Source: Alphaproteobacteria bacterium
GTDB taxonomy: Bacteria > Pseudomonadota > Alphaproteobacteria > Bin95
Direction: 5' to 3'
DNA: 64,000 nucleotides
Assembly: GCA_020638555.1 (NCBI GenBank)
Contig: JACKII010000003.1
Coordinates: 112,610 to 176,609, forward strand
Below the pieces are notes generated by a model. It ran no database searches and was not told where the DNA came from. It worked only from the letters and a program-made list of their open reading frames with translations. The translations under genes were made by a program, and so were the position numbers. Shown one piece after another: positions 8,871-18,335 of the stretch (position 1 is its first letter; the number at the start of each line of letters is the position of its first letter).

Positions 8871-9313
8871 GCCGCCCGCGCTTCGCGCAGGTCGGCGGTG
8901 GTTTTCTCCAGCCGGCGGGCCAGTTCTTTCATGATTTCAATTCCCATTTCCGGCACTTCGGTCACCAGCCGGAAAAAATGCTCCTTGGAAATGCGCAGCG
9001 TGGTGAGATCGCTTGCGGCCCGCACGGTCGCGGTGCGCGGGATGTCGATCAGGATCGCGATTTCACCGATAATGTCATTGCAGCCGAGTGTCGCCACCTT
9101 CAGCTCGCCACTGGCGGAGGCGACGAACACGTCGGCCTCGCCCGCCAATACGATATAGGCGGAATCCCCCGGGTCCCCCTGCCGGACAATGTCCTCGCCG
9201 GCCGGGAACACCATGCGCTCACTGGTGAAGGCCAGCAGTTTCAGCCGGCGCGGCTCGATCCGCTGGAACAGCGGGAGACGGCGCAACGCATCGACTTCCT
9301 GGTTCAGCGACAT
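8867..9313 (-). CDS. stand-alone cyclic nucleotide-binding (CAP-effector) domain protein
   Basis: 148 aa; cNMP-binding beta-barrel motifs (FPAGEDIVRQGDPGDSAYIVLAGEADVF, GEIAIL, RTATVRA); no HTH domain. Confidence 0.7.
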   Translation of the reverse strand: MSLNQEVDALRRLPLFQRIEPRRLKLLAFTSERMVFPAGEDIVRQGDPGDSAYIVLAGEADVFVASASGELKVATLGCNDIIGEIAILIDIPRTATVRAASDLTTLRISKEHFFRLVTEVPEMGIEIMKELARRLEKTTADLREARAA

Positions 9314-9333
9314 GGGATTCTCCCGACTTCCCG

Positions 9334-11958
9334 CTATTCCGCGGCCTTGGTGATTGGAGCGGCCCCCGCCGATTCGGCTTCGACCCGGCCGCCCTCGATG
9401 GTGAAGATGCGTTGCATGGCCTGTGCCTGGTCCGGCTGATCCAGCACGGCGACCACGCCGCGCGGCGCCTGGGCTTCCAGGATACTGGCAAACACCTTGC
9501 CGCGCATCGACTCGTCGAACACGGACAGCGCCTGGTTGACCACCAGCAGGTCCGGTTGCTTGGCCAGCGCGCGGGCAAAGGCGAGTTTCTGCCGCTGCAC
9601 GGCCGACAGCCGGCCGCCGGCGACGCCGACATGATATTCGAGCCCGACATCCAGGATCGAATCGTGCAGGCCGGACTCGTTCAAGACCTCACCGACCAGA
9701 GCCCGCACCTTCGCCGCTCCCTGAGGTTGTCCATAAGCGACCTTTCCGAACAGAATATTGTCCTGAATCGAAGCCGCGCTATTGTACCGTTCCGGATCGA
9801 AGAAGGCCACGGCCCCTTTCAGATCTTCCGGCAGGTGTTCGGCGAAGGAGTGGCGGGCTTCCAGAAGGCGTTCTTCCAGCGAGTCGTCGAGCAGGTCCAG
9901 ACGGTGGCGCGCGGGGATCAGGCGGAACGGCAGCGACATCAGCCGGCTGCGGTCTTCCTCGCCCAACCCGGCAAGGCCCCGGCCACCGCGGTCGATCCGT
10001 CCCAGCAGCGCCTGAAATTCCGGCAGGTCCTCTGCGGCGATGAAGCTGAACTGCTCCATCAATTCGTGTCCCGGTTCGATGTCGGCGAACAGTTCCACCA
10101 TGGTTTCCGCCACCTTGCGGCCGATCCGGACGACATCGTCGGTCAATCCGACCCGGTCCAGCGTCTCTCGCACATAGGGATGTTCGCCCAGATTCTCCAG
10201 GTCGAACGTGGTTCCGACCGGGGTGCCGAACAGCAGGTTTTCGGCAAAGGTGGCGTTCCGGTTGTACCGCTCGGGATCGAAGGGTTCGATCAGGGCGCCG
10301 GCCCCGCTGGCGGCCACCCGTTCGCGGAAGGCGGCCCGCACCTCGAGCAGGGATTCCACCAGATGCGGATGGGCGTCACCGTCGATGCGGCCGCGCAGGC
10401 CGAACTCGTAAATGTCGTCGGCCAGCAGGGCGTCCTTGACCGACTGGCGCAGGCGCCGTTGCAGGTCGTCGGCACTGCCGTCGAGGCCGGCGCCTTCGTA
10501 ATGGATCCAGTCGCCGCTCAGATTGAAGATGCTGTTGCCGGCCGTCTCCGCCTCGGCGATCCAGGCGCGGCGGCTCTCGTCGACCTCCGCCGGCGGGTGC
10601 GTGCGCAGCGCCAGCAGCAGGTTTTCGCGGATGCTGGCGGAAAACAGATAGGGCTGGGCCGAAACATAGCCGATGCGCCGGCCGAGCCGCGCCTCCGGTA
10701 TCGTTCCCAGGTCGTCGTCGCCATACTGGATGCGGCCCGATGTCGGCGCGATCAGACGCACCAGCAGCGGCGCGATCTCCTCCTTGCCGCCGCCGCTGGG
10801 GCCGACAAAGGCGACCCGCTGGTCCAGGCCGAAGGCCAGATTGACATTGTGCAGGTAGACCGTGCCGTCGTCGTCGGCGAGCCCGACATGGCGCAGGGCG
10901 ATCTGCGCCTCGCCCGGAAACGGCGACGGCGGAATGTCGTCCGTGGCATGCAGATCCGGCTCCATCATGCCCGGTGGGTCGAACTGCTGGATGACGGTAT
11001 CGTATTTGATCCGGGCGTCGGCCAGCTGCTGGTAATAGGCCAGCAATTCCTTCCAGGGCGCGTTCATGTCCTTGTGGGCACTGATGACGGCGATCAGCGC
11101 ACCGACGCTCAGATTGCCCGTGATCGCCAGATACCCGCCCAGCGAATAGAATAGGAACGGCGTGAATTGCGCCAAGAAATTGTTGAAAAATTTAATAAAA
11201 AATTTTCTCCGGAAAATTTCGTACCGGATTTCATAGATAATTCCCAGGCGATGGGAAAATCGCGACAACTGATACTGGCTGCTGTCATTGGTGTGAATTT
11301 CGGATATGCCGCTGATGCTTTCCCCCAACTGGTCCGAGAGGATGCGGATGTTCTGCACCCGCTGCTTGGCCAGCTGGTTGACCTTTTTCTGGAGCCTGGG
11401 CACCAGCACGCCCTGGATGGGGAACAGCGCCACCGCCGCCAGACCGAGCCAAGGGTCCTGCATCAGGATGAACACCAGCAGGGTCACCAGGATGCCGCCC
11501 TGGTAGAGCGGCAGCGCCAGCGCATCGCCGAAAAAGCCGCCCAGCGGCTCCACCTCCTGCGTCACCATGGGGATCAACTCGCCCTGGCTGACCCGGCGGA
11601 AGTGCGGCAGGGGAAAGCGCAGAATGCGCTCGTACAGGATATAGCGCAGCCGGCGCAGCATGCGCTCGCCCAACCGCCCTTTCATCACATTGAGAACGTA
11701 TTTGAAGCCGCCATTGATGAGGACAAGCAGGAGAAACAGGCCGCACAAAACGAACAGATACGGCAAGTGCTCGAACTCGTAGCCATAGAATTCCTTTGGA
11801 AAATCGGCGGGCCGCCCCTGAATGGCCCCGTTGACGATGCGCTTCGGCAACTCCGCCTGAAAGTAAATGAACGGAAATGCGGCAAATGTCAGCACGATCA
11901 AAATGATCTGCTGGCGCTTACTGTAGGCAAAGATATAGCCGAACAGGGTTTGCTTCAT
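9334..11958 (-). CDS. ABC transporter, fused permease/ATP-binding protein with degenerate, internally repeated ATP-binding domain
   Basis: ATG at 11958 with AAGAG RBS (TTG at 11976 alternative); N-terminal 6-TM type-I exporter domain. The ATP-binding domain has an atypical Walker A (GPSGGGKE) and a Q-loop (VSAQ). The post-Q-loop segment is present three times (SIRENLLL / FDPERYNRNATFAENLLFG / FDPERYNSAASIQDNILFG). The signature is degenerate (LSAVQ), Walker B reads LLVVNQ, and the H-loop is not recognisable. Confidence 0.8.
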   Translation of the reverse strand: MKQTLFGYIFAYSKRQQIILIVLTFAAFPFIYFQAELPKRIVNGAIQGRPADFPKEFYGYEFEHLPYLFVLCGLFLLLVLINGGFKYVLNVMKGRLGERMLRRLRYILYERILRFPLPHFRRVSQGELIPMVTQEVEPLGGFFGDALALPLYQGGILVTLLVFILMQDPWLGLAAVALFPIQGVLVPRLQKKVNQLAKQRVQNIRILSDQLGESISGISEIHTNDSSQYQLSRFSHRLGIIYEIRYEIFRRKFFIKFFNNFLAQFTPFLFYSLGGYLAITGNLSVGALIAVISAHKDMNAPWKELLAYYQQLADARIKYDTVIQQFDPPGMMEPDLHATDDIPPSPFPGEAQIALRHVGLADDDGTVYLHNVNLAFGLDQRVAFVGPSGGGKEEIAPLLVRLIAPTSGRIQYGDDDLGTIPEARLGRRIGYVSAQPYLFSASIRENLLLALRTHPPAEVDESRRAWIAEAETAGNSIFNLSGDWIHYEGAGLDGSADDLQRRLRQSVKDALLADDIYEFGLRGRIDGDAHPHLVESLLEVRAAFRERVAASGAGALIEPFDPERYNRNATFAENLLFGTPVGTTFDLENLGEHPYVRETLDRVGLTDDVVRIGRKVAETMVELFADIEPGHELMEQFSFIAAEDLPEFQALLGRIDRGGRGLAGLGEEDRSRLMSLPFRLIPARHRLDLLDDSLEERLLEARHSFAEHLPEDLKGAVAFFDPERYNSAASIQDNILFGKVAYGQPQGAAKVRALVGEVLNESGLHDSILDVGLEYHVGVAGGRLSAVQRQKLAFARALAKQPDLLVVNQALSVFDESMRGKVFASILEAQAPRGVVAVLDQPDQAQAMQRIFTIEGGRVEAESAGAAPITKAAE

Positions 11959-12166
11959 CGGTAACTCTTGGCACAAAGGCGCGGCCGGGAGCCAATCTCG
12001 AACTTACCCGAAATCCCCGCGACTAACAATCACTTGGCCGAACTCCGCCTTTAGCCCATGTTTAAGATGTGATGCGTGCGTGGTAGCGTGCCGCTCGGTA
12101 CGGAGTGAAGGGCTCGGAAGATTGCCCCCAAAGGGTCCGGCCGAAAGTTGCAAATGGGAGCGGTCA
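11959..12166. promoter_or_regulatory. divergent intergenic control region between ABC exporter operon and glycosyltransferase operon
   Basis: 208-bp gap between divergently oriented first genes; GGGAG RBS 8 nt before ATG 12167. Confidence 0.3.
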
Positions 12167-13402
12167 ATGCGAGAAGCGCTGACTGGTGTGTCGGGAAGCA
12201 GGCGGATCCTGATCTACAGCCATGACAGTTTCGGCCTCGGCCATCTGCGCCGTTGCCGCGAGATCGCCAATGCACTGGTGGAGACCTACGATCATCTGTC
12301 GGTGCTGATCCTTTCGGGCTCGCCGATCATCGGCAGTTTCGACTTCCGTCCGCGGGTCGATTTCGTGCGCATTCCGGGCATGATCAAGCTGTCGAACGGC
12401 GAGTACACCTCGCACGCGCTCGACATCGCCCCGGAAAAGACGCTGGAATTGCGGGCGGCGGTGATCGGCGAGACCGCGCGGATTTTCGATCCCGACGTGT
12501 TCCTGGTCGACAAGGAACCGCTGGGCCTGCGCGGCGAGGTGCGCGCCACCCTGGAAATGCTGCGCGAACACGGCACCCGCATCGTGCTGGGCCTGCGCGA
12601 CGTGATGGACGATCCGGACGCGCTGGAGCCGGAATGGAAGCGCAAAAAGGCCCATTCCGCGCTGCGCGATCTCTATGACGACATCTGGGTTTATGGCCTG
12701 CCGCAAATCTGCGACCCGCTGGAAGGGGTCGACCTGCCGGATTCCGTGCGGCGCAAAATGGTCTATACCGGCTATCTGCGCCGGCGGGTGAGCCCGCGGC
12801 CCGATGCGGCGGTGAACCTGGTCGGCACCGAGCCCTATATCCTGGTGACGCCCGGCGGCGGCGGCGACGGCGATGCGCTGGTGGACTGGGTGGTCCGCGC
12901 TTACGAGCAGGACCCCGACCAGCCCTATCGCGCCCTGGTCGTGTTCGGCCCGTTCATGCAGGGCGAGCAGCAACAGGCCTTCCGCCAGCGCATCGAGGCG
13001 CTGGCCAATGTCGAGGCGATCACCTTCTACAACCAGATGGAAACGCTGATCGCCGGCGCCACTGGCGTCATCGCCATGGGCGGCTACAACACGTTCTGCG
13101 AGATCCTGTCGTTCGACAAGCCGGCCATCATCGTCCCCCGCACCCGGCCCCGCATGGAACAGTCGATCCGCGCCGCGCGGGCGCAGGAGCTGGGGCTGGT
13201 GCGCATGCTCGACCCGGACGACGGCCGCCCGGCGCGCGTCATGGCGACGGCGATCCGGCAATTGCCGCAGCAGGGCCGGCCGTCGGACGTGGTGGTGCCG
13301 GGCCTGCTGGACGGACTGGACAACGTCAATCGCCTGGTCGGTCGCGCATTGGACCAGGCGCGCCTGCCGCCGCTGCGCTTTGCCGAGGCGGGCGGTGACT
13401 GA
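12167..13402 (+). CDS. GT-B fold glycosyltransferase (PseG/MurG-like N-terminus)
   Basis: ATG 12167 within track ORF 12080..13402; N-terminal ILIYSHDSFGLGHLRR motif typical of PseG/MurG-like GT-B enzymes; C-terminal GGYNT motif. Confidence 0.75.
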   Translation: MREALTGVSGSRRILIYSHDSFGLGHLRRCREIANALVETYDHLSVLILSGSPIIGSFDFRPRVDFVRIPGMIKLSNGEYTSHALDIAPEKTLELRAAVIGETARIFDPDVFLVDKEPLGLRGEVRATLEMLREHGTRIVLGLRDVMDDPDALEPEWKRKKAHSALRDLYDDIWVYGLPQICDPLEGVDLPDSVRRKMVYTGYLRRRVSPRPDAAVNLVGTEPYILVTPGGGGDGDALVDWVVRAYEQDPDQPYRALVVFGPFMQGEQQQAFRQRIEALANVEAITFYNQMETLIAGATGVIAMGGYNTFCEILSFDKPAIIVPRTRPRMEQSIRAARAQELGLVRMLDPDDGRPARVMATAIRQLPQQGRPSDVVVPGLLDGLDNVNRLVGRALDQARLPPLRFAEAGGD

Positions 13403-14678
13403 CCGCAACGGTTCCGCGCCCGGGCGGACGGCGGTTGCGGTCGTTCTGAAAGGCTATCCACGGCTCTCCGAGACCTTCATCGCCCAGGAAATCCTGGCGT
13501 TGCAGCAGCGCGGGCTCTACCAGCACATCGTCTCGCTGCGCCATCCGACCGACCGGAAGCGTCACCCGATGCACGACGCGATCCGGGCGCCGGTGCTCTA
13601 TCTGCCGGAATACCTGTATCAGGAGCCGCTCCGGGTGCTGCGGGCCTGGTGGCGGGTGCGGCGGCGGCCGGCCTATCGGGCGGTGCGGCGGCAATGGCTC
13701 CGCGACTGGCGGCGCGACCGCACGCCGAACCGCGGCCGACGGTTCGGCCAGGCGCTGGTGCTGGCTGCTGAACTTCCGGCGGACATCGGCCATCTGCACG
13801 CGCATTTCCTGCACACCCCGGCCTCGGTGACGCGCTATGCGGCGGCGCTCAGCGGCCTCTCGTGGAGCGTCTCCGCCCATGCCAAGGACATCTGGACCTC
13901 GCCCGAATGGGAAAAGCGCGAGAAGCTGGCGGATTGCGCCTGGGCGGTGACCTGCACCGCCTTCGGCGCCGCGCACCTCCAGGCGCTGGCACCCGCGCCG
14001 GAACGGGTAGAGTTGCTGTATCACGGCCTGGACCTCGGCCGATTTCCGCCGCCGCTGGCCGAGCGCGGGGCACGTGACGGCAGCGATCCCGGCGCGCCGG
14101 CGCGGCTGCTCTCGGTCGGCCGGGCCGTGCCGAAAAAGGGCTATGACGACCTGCTCGACGCCCTCGCCCGCTTGCCGGCGGACCTGGCCTGGCATTTGAC
14201 CCATATCGGCGGCGGCAAGCTTGCCAGGCCCCTGCAACAGCGGGCCGAGCGCCTGGGCATCGCCCACCGCATCACCTGGCAGGGTTCGCAGGCGCAGGAG
14301 GCGGTGGTCGCGGCCTATCGCGAGGCGGACCTGTTCGTGCTCGCCAGCAAGGTGGCGGATGACGGCGACCGCGACGGCCTGCCGAACGTGCTGATGGAGG
14401 CGCAGAGCCAGGGCCTGGCCTGCCTGGCAACGACGGCGGCGGGCATCCCGGAACTGATCCGCGACGGCGAGACCGGGCGTTTGGTGCCGCCGGGCGATCC
14501 GGCCGCGCTGGCCGACGCCCTGGCGGCACTGATCCGGGCGCCGCAGGAGCGCGCGCGCCTCGGCCTGGCCGGCGCGGCGGCGTTGCGCCAGCGGTTCTCG
14601 TGCGAGACCGGCGTGGACCGACTGGCGCGGCGCTTCGGCCTCGCCGCCGGTGCGCCGTCAGCGCGCGCCGCGGAATAA
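13395..14678 (+). CDS. glycosyltransferase family 4
   Basis: GTG 13395 overlaps previous stop (GTGA); GT4 C-terminal domain with E-x7-E region (PNVLMEAQSQGLACLATTAAGIPE). Confidence 0.8.
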   Translation: MTDRNGSAPGRTAVAVVLKGYPRLSETFIAQEILALQQRGLYQHIVSLRHPTDRKRHPMHDAIRAPVLYLPEYLYQEPLRVLRAWWRVRRRPAYRAVRRQWLRDWRRDRTPNRGRRFGQALVLAAELPADIGHLHAHFLHTPASVTRYAAALSGLSWSVSAHAKDIWTSPEWEKREKLADCAWAVTCTAFGAAHLQALAPAPERVELLYHGLDLGRFPPPLAERGARDGSDPGAPARLLSVGRAVPKKGYDDLLDALARLPADLAWHLTHIGGGKLARPLQQRAERLGIAHRITWQGSQAQEAVVAAYREADLFVLASKVADDGDRDGLPNVLMEAQSQGLACLATTAAGIPELIRDGETGRLVPPGDPAALADALAALIRAPQERARLGLAGAAALRQRFSCETGVDRLARRFGLAAGAPSARAAE

Positions 14679-14693
14679 GGGCGTCCTCCCCGC

Positions 14694-15821
14694 ATGCGCG
14701 TTGCCTTTTATGCGCCGCTGAAGCCGCCGGACCACCCCACCCCGTCCGGCGACCGCCGCATCGCCCGGCTGCTGCTGGAGGCGTTGCGGCTCGCCGGCCA
14801 TGACGTGCATCTGGCATCCCGGCTGCGGTCGCGCGATGCGGTCGGCGACCGGCTGCGGCAGGCGCGGCTGGCCGACCTCGGCCAGCGCGTGGCAGCGCGG
14901 CTGCTGCGGCGGTATGCGGGCGCGGACGCCCGGCCCGACGCGTGGATCACCTATCACCTCTATTACAAGGCACCGGACTGGATCGGCCCGCACGTGGCGG
15001 CGGCGCTGGGCATCCCCTATATCGCGATCGAGGCCAGCCATGCGCCGAAACGCGCCGGCGGCCCCTGGGATCTGAGCCATCGCGCCGTCGCGCATGCGGT
15101 GCGCCAGGCGGCCCGCATCGTCTGCCTGAACCCGAACGACCGCGCCTGCCTGGAGCCGCTCGCCCCCGGCCGCATCGCCCTGTTGCCACCGTTTCTCGAC
15201 CCGACCCCGTACGCGCCGGCGGCAGGCGCCCGCGCGGCCCTGGCGGCGCGATACGGCCTGCCGATGGGGGAGCCCTGGCTGCTGGCCGTGGGCATGATGC
15301 GGCCCGGCGACAAGCTCGCCTCCTACCGCCAGCTGGCCGCGGCCCTGACGCGCCTCACCGACCGCCCCTGGCGCCTGCTGGTGGCGGGCGACGGCCCGGC
15401 GGCGGCGGCGGTGCACGCCGCCTTCGCACCGCTGGCGGACCGTGTGCACTGGCTCGGCGCGCTGGACGAGGCGGCCCTCGCCCGCGTCTATCCGGCCGCC
15501 GACCTGCTGGTCTGGCCCGCGGTGCGCGAGGCGTTCGGCATGGCCTTGCTGGAAGCGCAGGCCGGCGGGCTGCCCGTGGTGGCCGGCCGCACCGACGGCG
15601 TGCCCGCGGTGGTCGCGGCCGACACGACCGGCCTGCTGCCGCCGCCGGACGACATCGCCGCCTTCGCCGCCGCCGTCGCCACCCTGCTCGACGACCCCGC
15701 CCGGCGTGAGGCGATGGGACAGGCTGCGCGGGCGCGGGTTTTGCGGCATCATTCGCTCCAAACCGCAGCCATCGCACTCGACCGCATTCTGACGGAGGCC
15801 CTATGCCACTCCTCAGCCTGA
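14694..15821 (+). CDS. glycosyltransferase family 4 (MshA-like N-terminus)
   Basis: 375 aa; N-terminus MRVAFYAPLKPPDHPTPSGDRRIA resembles MshA-type GT4 enzymes; C-terminal GT4 motif (ALLEAQAGGLPVVAGRTDGVPAVV). Confidence 0.8.
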   Translation: MRVAFYAPLKPPDHPTPSGDRRIARLLLEALRLAGHDVHLASRLRSRDAVGDRLRQARLADLGQRVAARLLRRYAGADARPDAWITYHLYYKAPDWIGPHVAAALGIPYIAIEASHAPKRAGGPWDLSHRAVAHAVRQAARIVCLNPNDRACLEPLAPGRIALLPPFLDPTPYAPAAGARAALAARYGLPMGEPWLLAVGMMRPGDKLASYRQLAAALTRLTDRPWRLLVAGDGPAAAAVHAAFAPLADRVHWLGALDEAALARVYPAADLLVWPAVREAFGMALLEAQAGGLPVVAGRTDGVPAVVAADTTGLLPPPDDIAAFAAAVATLLDDPARREAMGQAARARVLRHHSLQTAAIALDRILTEALCHSSA

Positions 15822-16399
15822 TCCGGCACGCGCCCACCACCTGGAACGAGGCCGGACGCATCCAGGGCCAGACCGACACGCCGCTGAGCGAGGCCGGGCG
15901 CGCAGCCCTGCTGACCTGGGAGCCGCCGGCGCCGCTGCTGGCCGCCGACTGGTGGACCAGCCCCCTGCAACGCTGCCGCGACACCGCCCGGCACCTGGCC
16001 GGCCGCACCGTCGCCGTGGACGAGCGCTTGCAGGAAACGAACTGGGGCGACTGGCAGGGCAAGCGCCTCACCGACCTGCGCGAGAGCCTGGGCGAGGAAA
16101 TGGCCGAAATGGAAGGCCGCGGCTGGGATTTCCAGCCGCCGGGCGGCGAAAGCCCGCGCCAGGTCTCGGCGCGGTTTCAGGACTTTGTGCGCGCGGTGGC
16201 GGAGCGCGACCGGCCGACCGTCGCCGTCACCCACCGGGGCGTGATCCGGGTCGCGATGGCGCTGGCGACCGGCTGGGATTTCCTCGGCAAGTCGCCGGTG
16301 AAACTGCGCCGCCCGGCCGCCCACGTGTTCTGGGTGACGGCCGAGGGCACGCTGGAATTGCGCGACGCCAATGTGCCGCTGGGCGAGCCGGTGCCATGA
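15803..16399 (+). CDS. histidine phosphatase family protein (phosphoglycerate mutase-like)
   Basis: 198 aa; catalytic RHG motif (LIRHAPTTWNEAGRIQGQTD); overlaps upstream gene by 19 nt and downstream start by ATGA. Confidence 0.8.
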   Translation: MPLLSLIRHAPTTWNEAGRIQGQTDTPLSEAGRAALLTWEPPAPLLAADWWTSPLQRCRDTARHLAGRTVAVDERLQETNWGDWQGKRLTDLRESLGEEMAEMEGRGWDFQPPGGESPRQVSARFQDFVRAVAERDRPTVAVTHRGVIRVAMALATGWDFLGKSPVKLRRPAAHVFWVTAEGTLELRDANVPLGEPVP

Positions 16400-17571
16400 G
16401 CGACACCATGGCAGAGCGCGCCGGGGACGCCCCGAAAATCCTGTTCTGGGTCCAGCACCTGCTGGGCATCGGCCATCTGAAGCGCACGGCGACGCTGGCC
16501 CGCGCCCTGGCCCGGTCCGGGTTCGCTGTCACCGTGGTCTCCGGCGGTTTCCCGGTGCCGGGGCTGCGGCTCGACGGTGCCGGGTTCATGCAATTGCCGC
16601 CGGTGCGCGCGGTGGATGTGTATTTCAAGGACCTGCGCACCGAAGGCGACCGGCCCATCGACGACGCCTGGCGCGAGACGCGCCGCACCGCGCTGATGGC
16701 CGCCGCCGAGACGATCCGGCCCGACATCGTGCTGACCGAACTGTTTCCGTTCGGCCGCCGGCAACTGGCGTTCGAACTGGAGCCGTTCCTGACCGAAATG
16801 CGTGCCAGGGGCGTGCTGGTCGCCTGCTCCGTTCGCGATATCCTGGTGGAGCCGCCCAAACCCGAACGCCTGCTGGAAATGCTGGAGCGGACCGAGCGGC
16901 TGTTCGACCTGGTGCTGGTCCACGGCGACCCGGATCTGGTGCCGTTCGAAGAGACCTTTCCGCACAAGGAGCGCATCGGCGACCGCCTCGCCTATACCGG
17001 CTATGTGGTGGAAGAGCCGATCGCGGCGGCGGGCCGGGATGGCGAGGGCGAGGTCATCGTCTCCGCCGGCGGCGGTGCCGTCAGCGAACCGCTGCTGCGC
17101 GCGGCCCTGGCCGCGAAGCCGCTCAGCCGGGCGCGCGACCTGCCCTGGCGGCTGCTCTGCGGCGCCGGGATCGGCGAGGCGGCGGTGCGGGACCTGCAAC
17201 GGCTGGCCGACGCGGACACGGTGGTCGAACCGGCCCGGCCGGACTTTCCCGGCCTGCTCGCCCGCGGGCGGCTGTCTGTGAGCCAGGCCGGCTACAACAC
17301 CATCATGGACGTGCTGGCGGCGGGCATTCCCGGCGTCGTCGTCCCCTATGCGGGCGGGCTGGAGAGCGAGCAGACGCTGCGGGCGCGGCGGCTGGCGGAG
17401 CGCGGCGTGCTGCATGTGGTGAACGAGGCGGACCTGACGCCGGAGCGCCTGGCCGCCGGCATCGACCGGGCGCTGGCGGCCCCGCCCGGCTCGCTCGACC
17501 GGCTGGCCACCGACGGGTCTGCCGAGACCGTGCGCCTGTTGCGGGCGGCGCTGGCCCGGCGGCGCGCGTGA
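16396..17571 (+). CDS. GT-B fold glycosyltransferase, paralog of 12167..13402
   Basis: ATG 16396 (MSDTMAERAG) within track ORF 15952..17571; N-terminal ILFWVQHLLGIGHLKR and C-terminal AGYNT motifs parallel the first GT. Confidence 0.75.
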   Translation: MSDTMAERAGDAPKILFWVQHLLGIGHLKRTATLARALARSGFAVTVVSGGFPVPGLRLDGAGFMQLPPVRAVDVYFKDLRTEGDRPIDDAWRETRRTALMAAAETIRPDIVLTELFPFGRRQLAFELEPFLTEMRARGVLVACSVRDILVEPPKPERLLEMLERTERLFDLVLVHGDPDLVPFEETFPHKERIGDRLAYTGYVVEEPIAAAGRDGEGEVIVSAGGGAVSEPLLRAALAAKPLSRARDLPWRLLCGAGIGEAAVRDLQRLADADTVVEPARPDFPGLLARGRLSVSQAGYNTIMDVLAAGIPGVVVPYAGGLESEQTLRARRLAERGVLHVVNEADLTPERLAAGIDRALAAPPGSLDRLATDGSAETVRLLRAALARRRA

Positions 17572-18335
17572 GCGCGTTCGCGCCGCTGCTGGCCGAACTC
17601 GACGCCTGGAGCGAGGCCGGGCGGGTGGCGCAATTCTGGTGGCGCGACGACGACGCCGCCGACGCCGCTCCGGCCCTGGCAACCATGCTGGCGCTGCGGC
17701 GCGCGGCGGAGGTGCCGTTGGCGCTGGCGGCGATCCCGCTGGCGGCGACGGACGCGCTGGCGGACGCTGTGGCGGCGGAGTCGGGCGTTCAGGTCTGGCA
17801 GCACGGCATCCGCCACGCCAACCGCGCCGCACCGCCGGCGAAAAAGCAGGAACTGGTGAGCGCGGCGCCGGATATCCGCGCCGGCCTGGAGGAAGGCCGG
17901 CGGCAACTGGCGCGGCGGTTCGGCGCTCGGGCGCGGCCGGTGCTGGTGCCGCCCTGGAACCGCATCGCGCCGGACCTGCTGCCGCTGCTGCCCGGCCTGG
18001 GGTTTTGCGGCCTTTCCACCTTCAAGCCGCGCTCGAAGCCCTTTGCCGCGCCGGGGCTCGGCCGGATCAACACGCATGTGGACCTACTGGATTGGCGGGC
18101 GGGGGCAAGTTTCCGCGGCGCCGAGGCCTGCGTCCGCGACCTGACCGCCCATCTGTCCGCCAAGCGCAACGGCCGGGCCGACGCCGACGAACCGACGGGC
18201 GTGCTCGGCCATCATCGGGTGATGCAGGCCGACGCCTGGGCCTTTCTTGGCGCGCTGTTCGCCGCTACAACAGAAAAATCGTGCTGCGTCTGGACGCTGC
18301 CCGCCTTCCCTGACCCGGCGTCGGAGCCCGAATGA
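17568..18335 (+). CDS. polysaccharide deacetylase-like protein (divergent CE4)
   Basis: GTG 17568 overlapping prior stop (GTGA); CE4-like motifs WWRDDDA (Asp pair), QHGIRH (His-x3-His), VPPWNRI. Confidence 0.65.
   Translation: MSAFAPLLAELDAWSEAGRVAQFWWRDDDAADAAPALATMLALRRAAEVPLALAAIPLAATDALADAVAAESGVQVWQHGIRHANRAAPPAKKQELVSAAPDIRAGLEEGRRQLARRFGARARPVLVPPWNRIAPDLLPLLPGLGFCGLSTFKPRSKPFAAPGLGRINTHVDLLDWRAGASFRGAEACVRDLTAHLSAKRNGRADADEPTGVLGHHRVMQADAWAFLGALFAATTEKSCCVWTLPAFPDPASEPE

Noticed and set aside
9412-11154. 580-aa ORF antisense to the ABC exporter
   Set aside because: Antisense to a gene with clear TM-domain and ATP-binding-domain motifs; translation lacks any domain signature.
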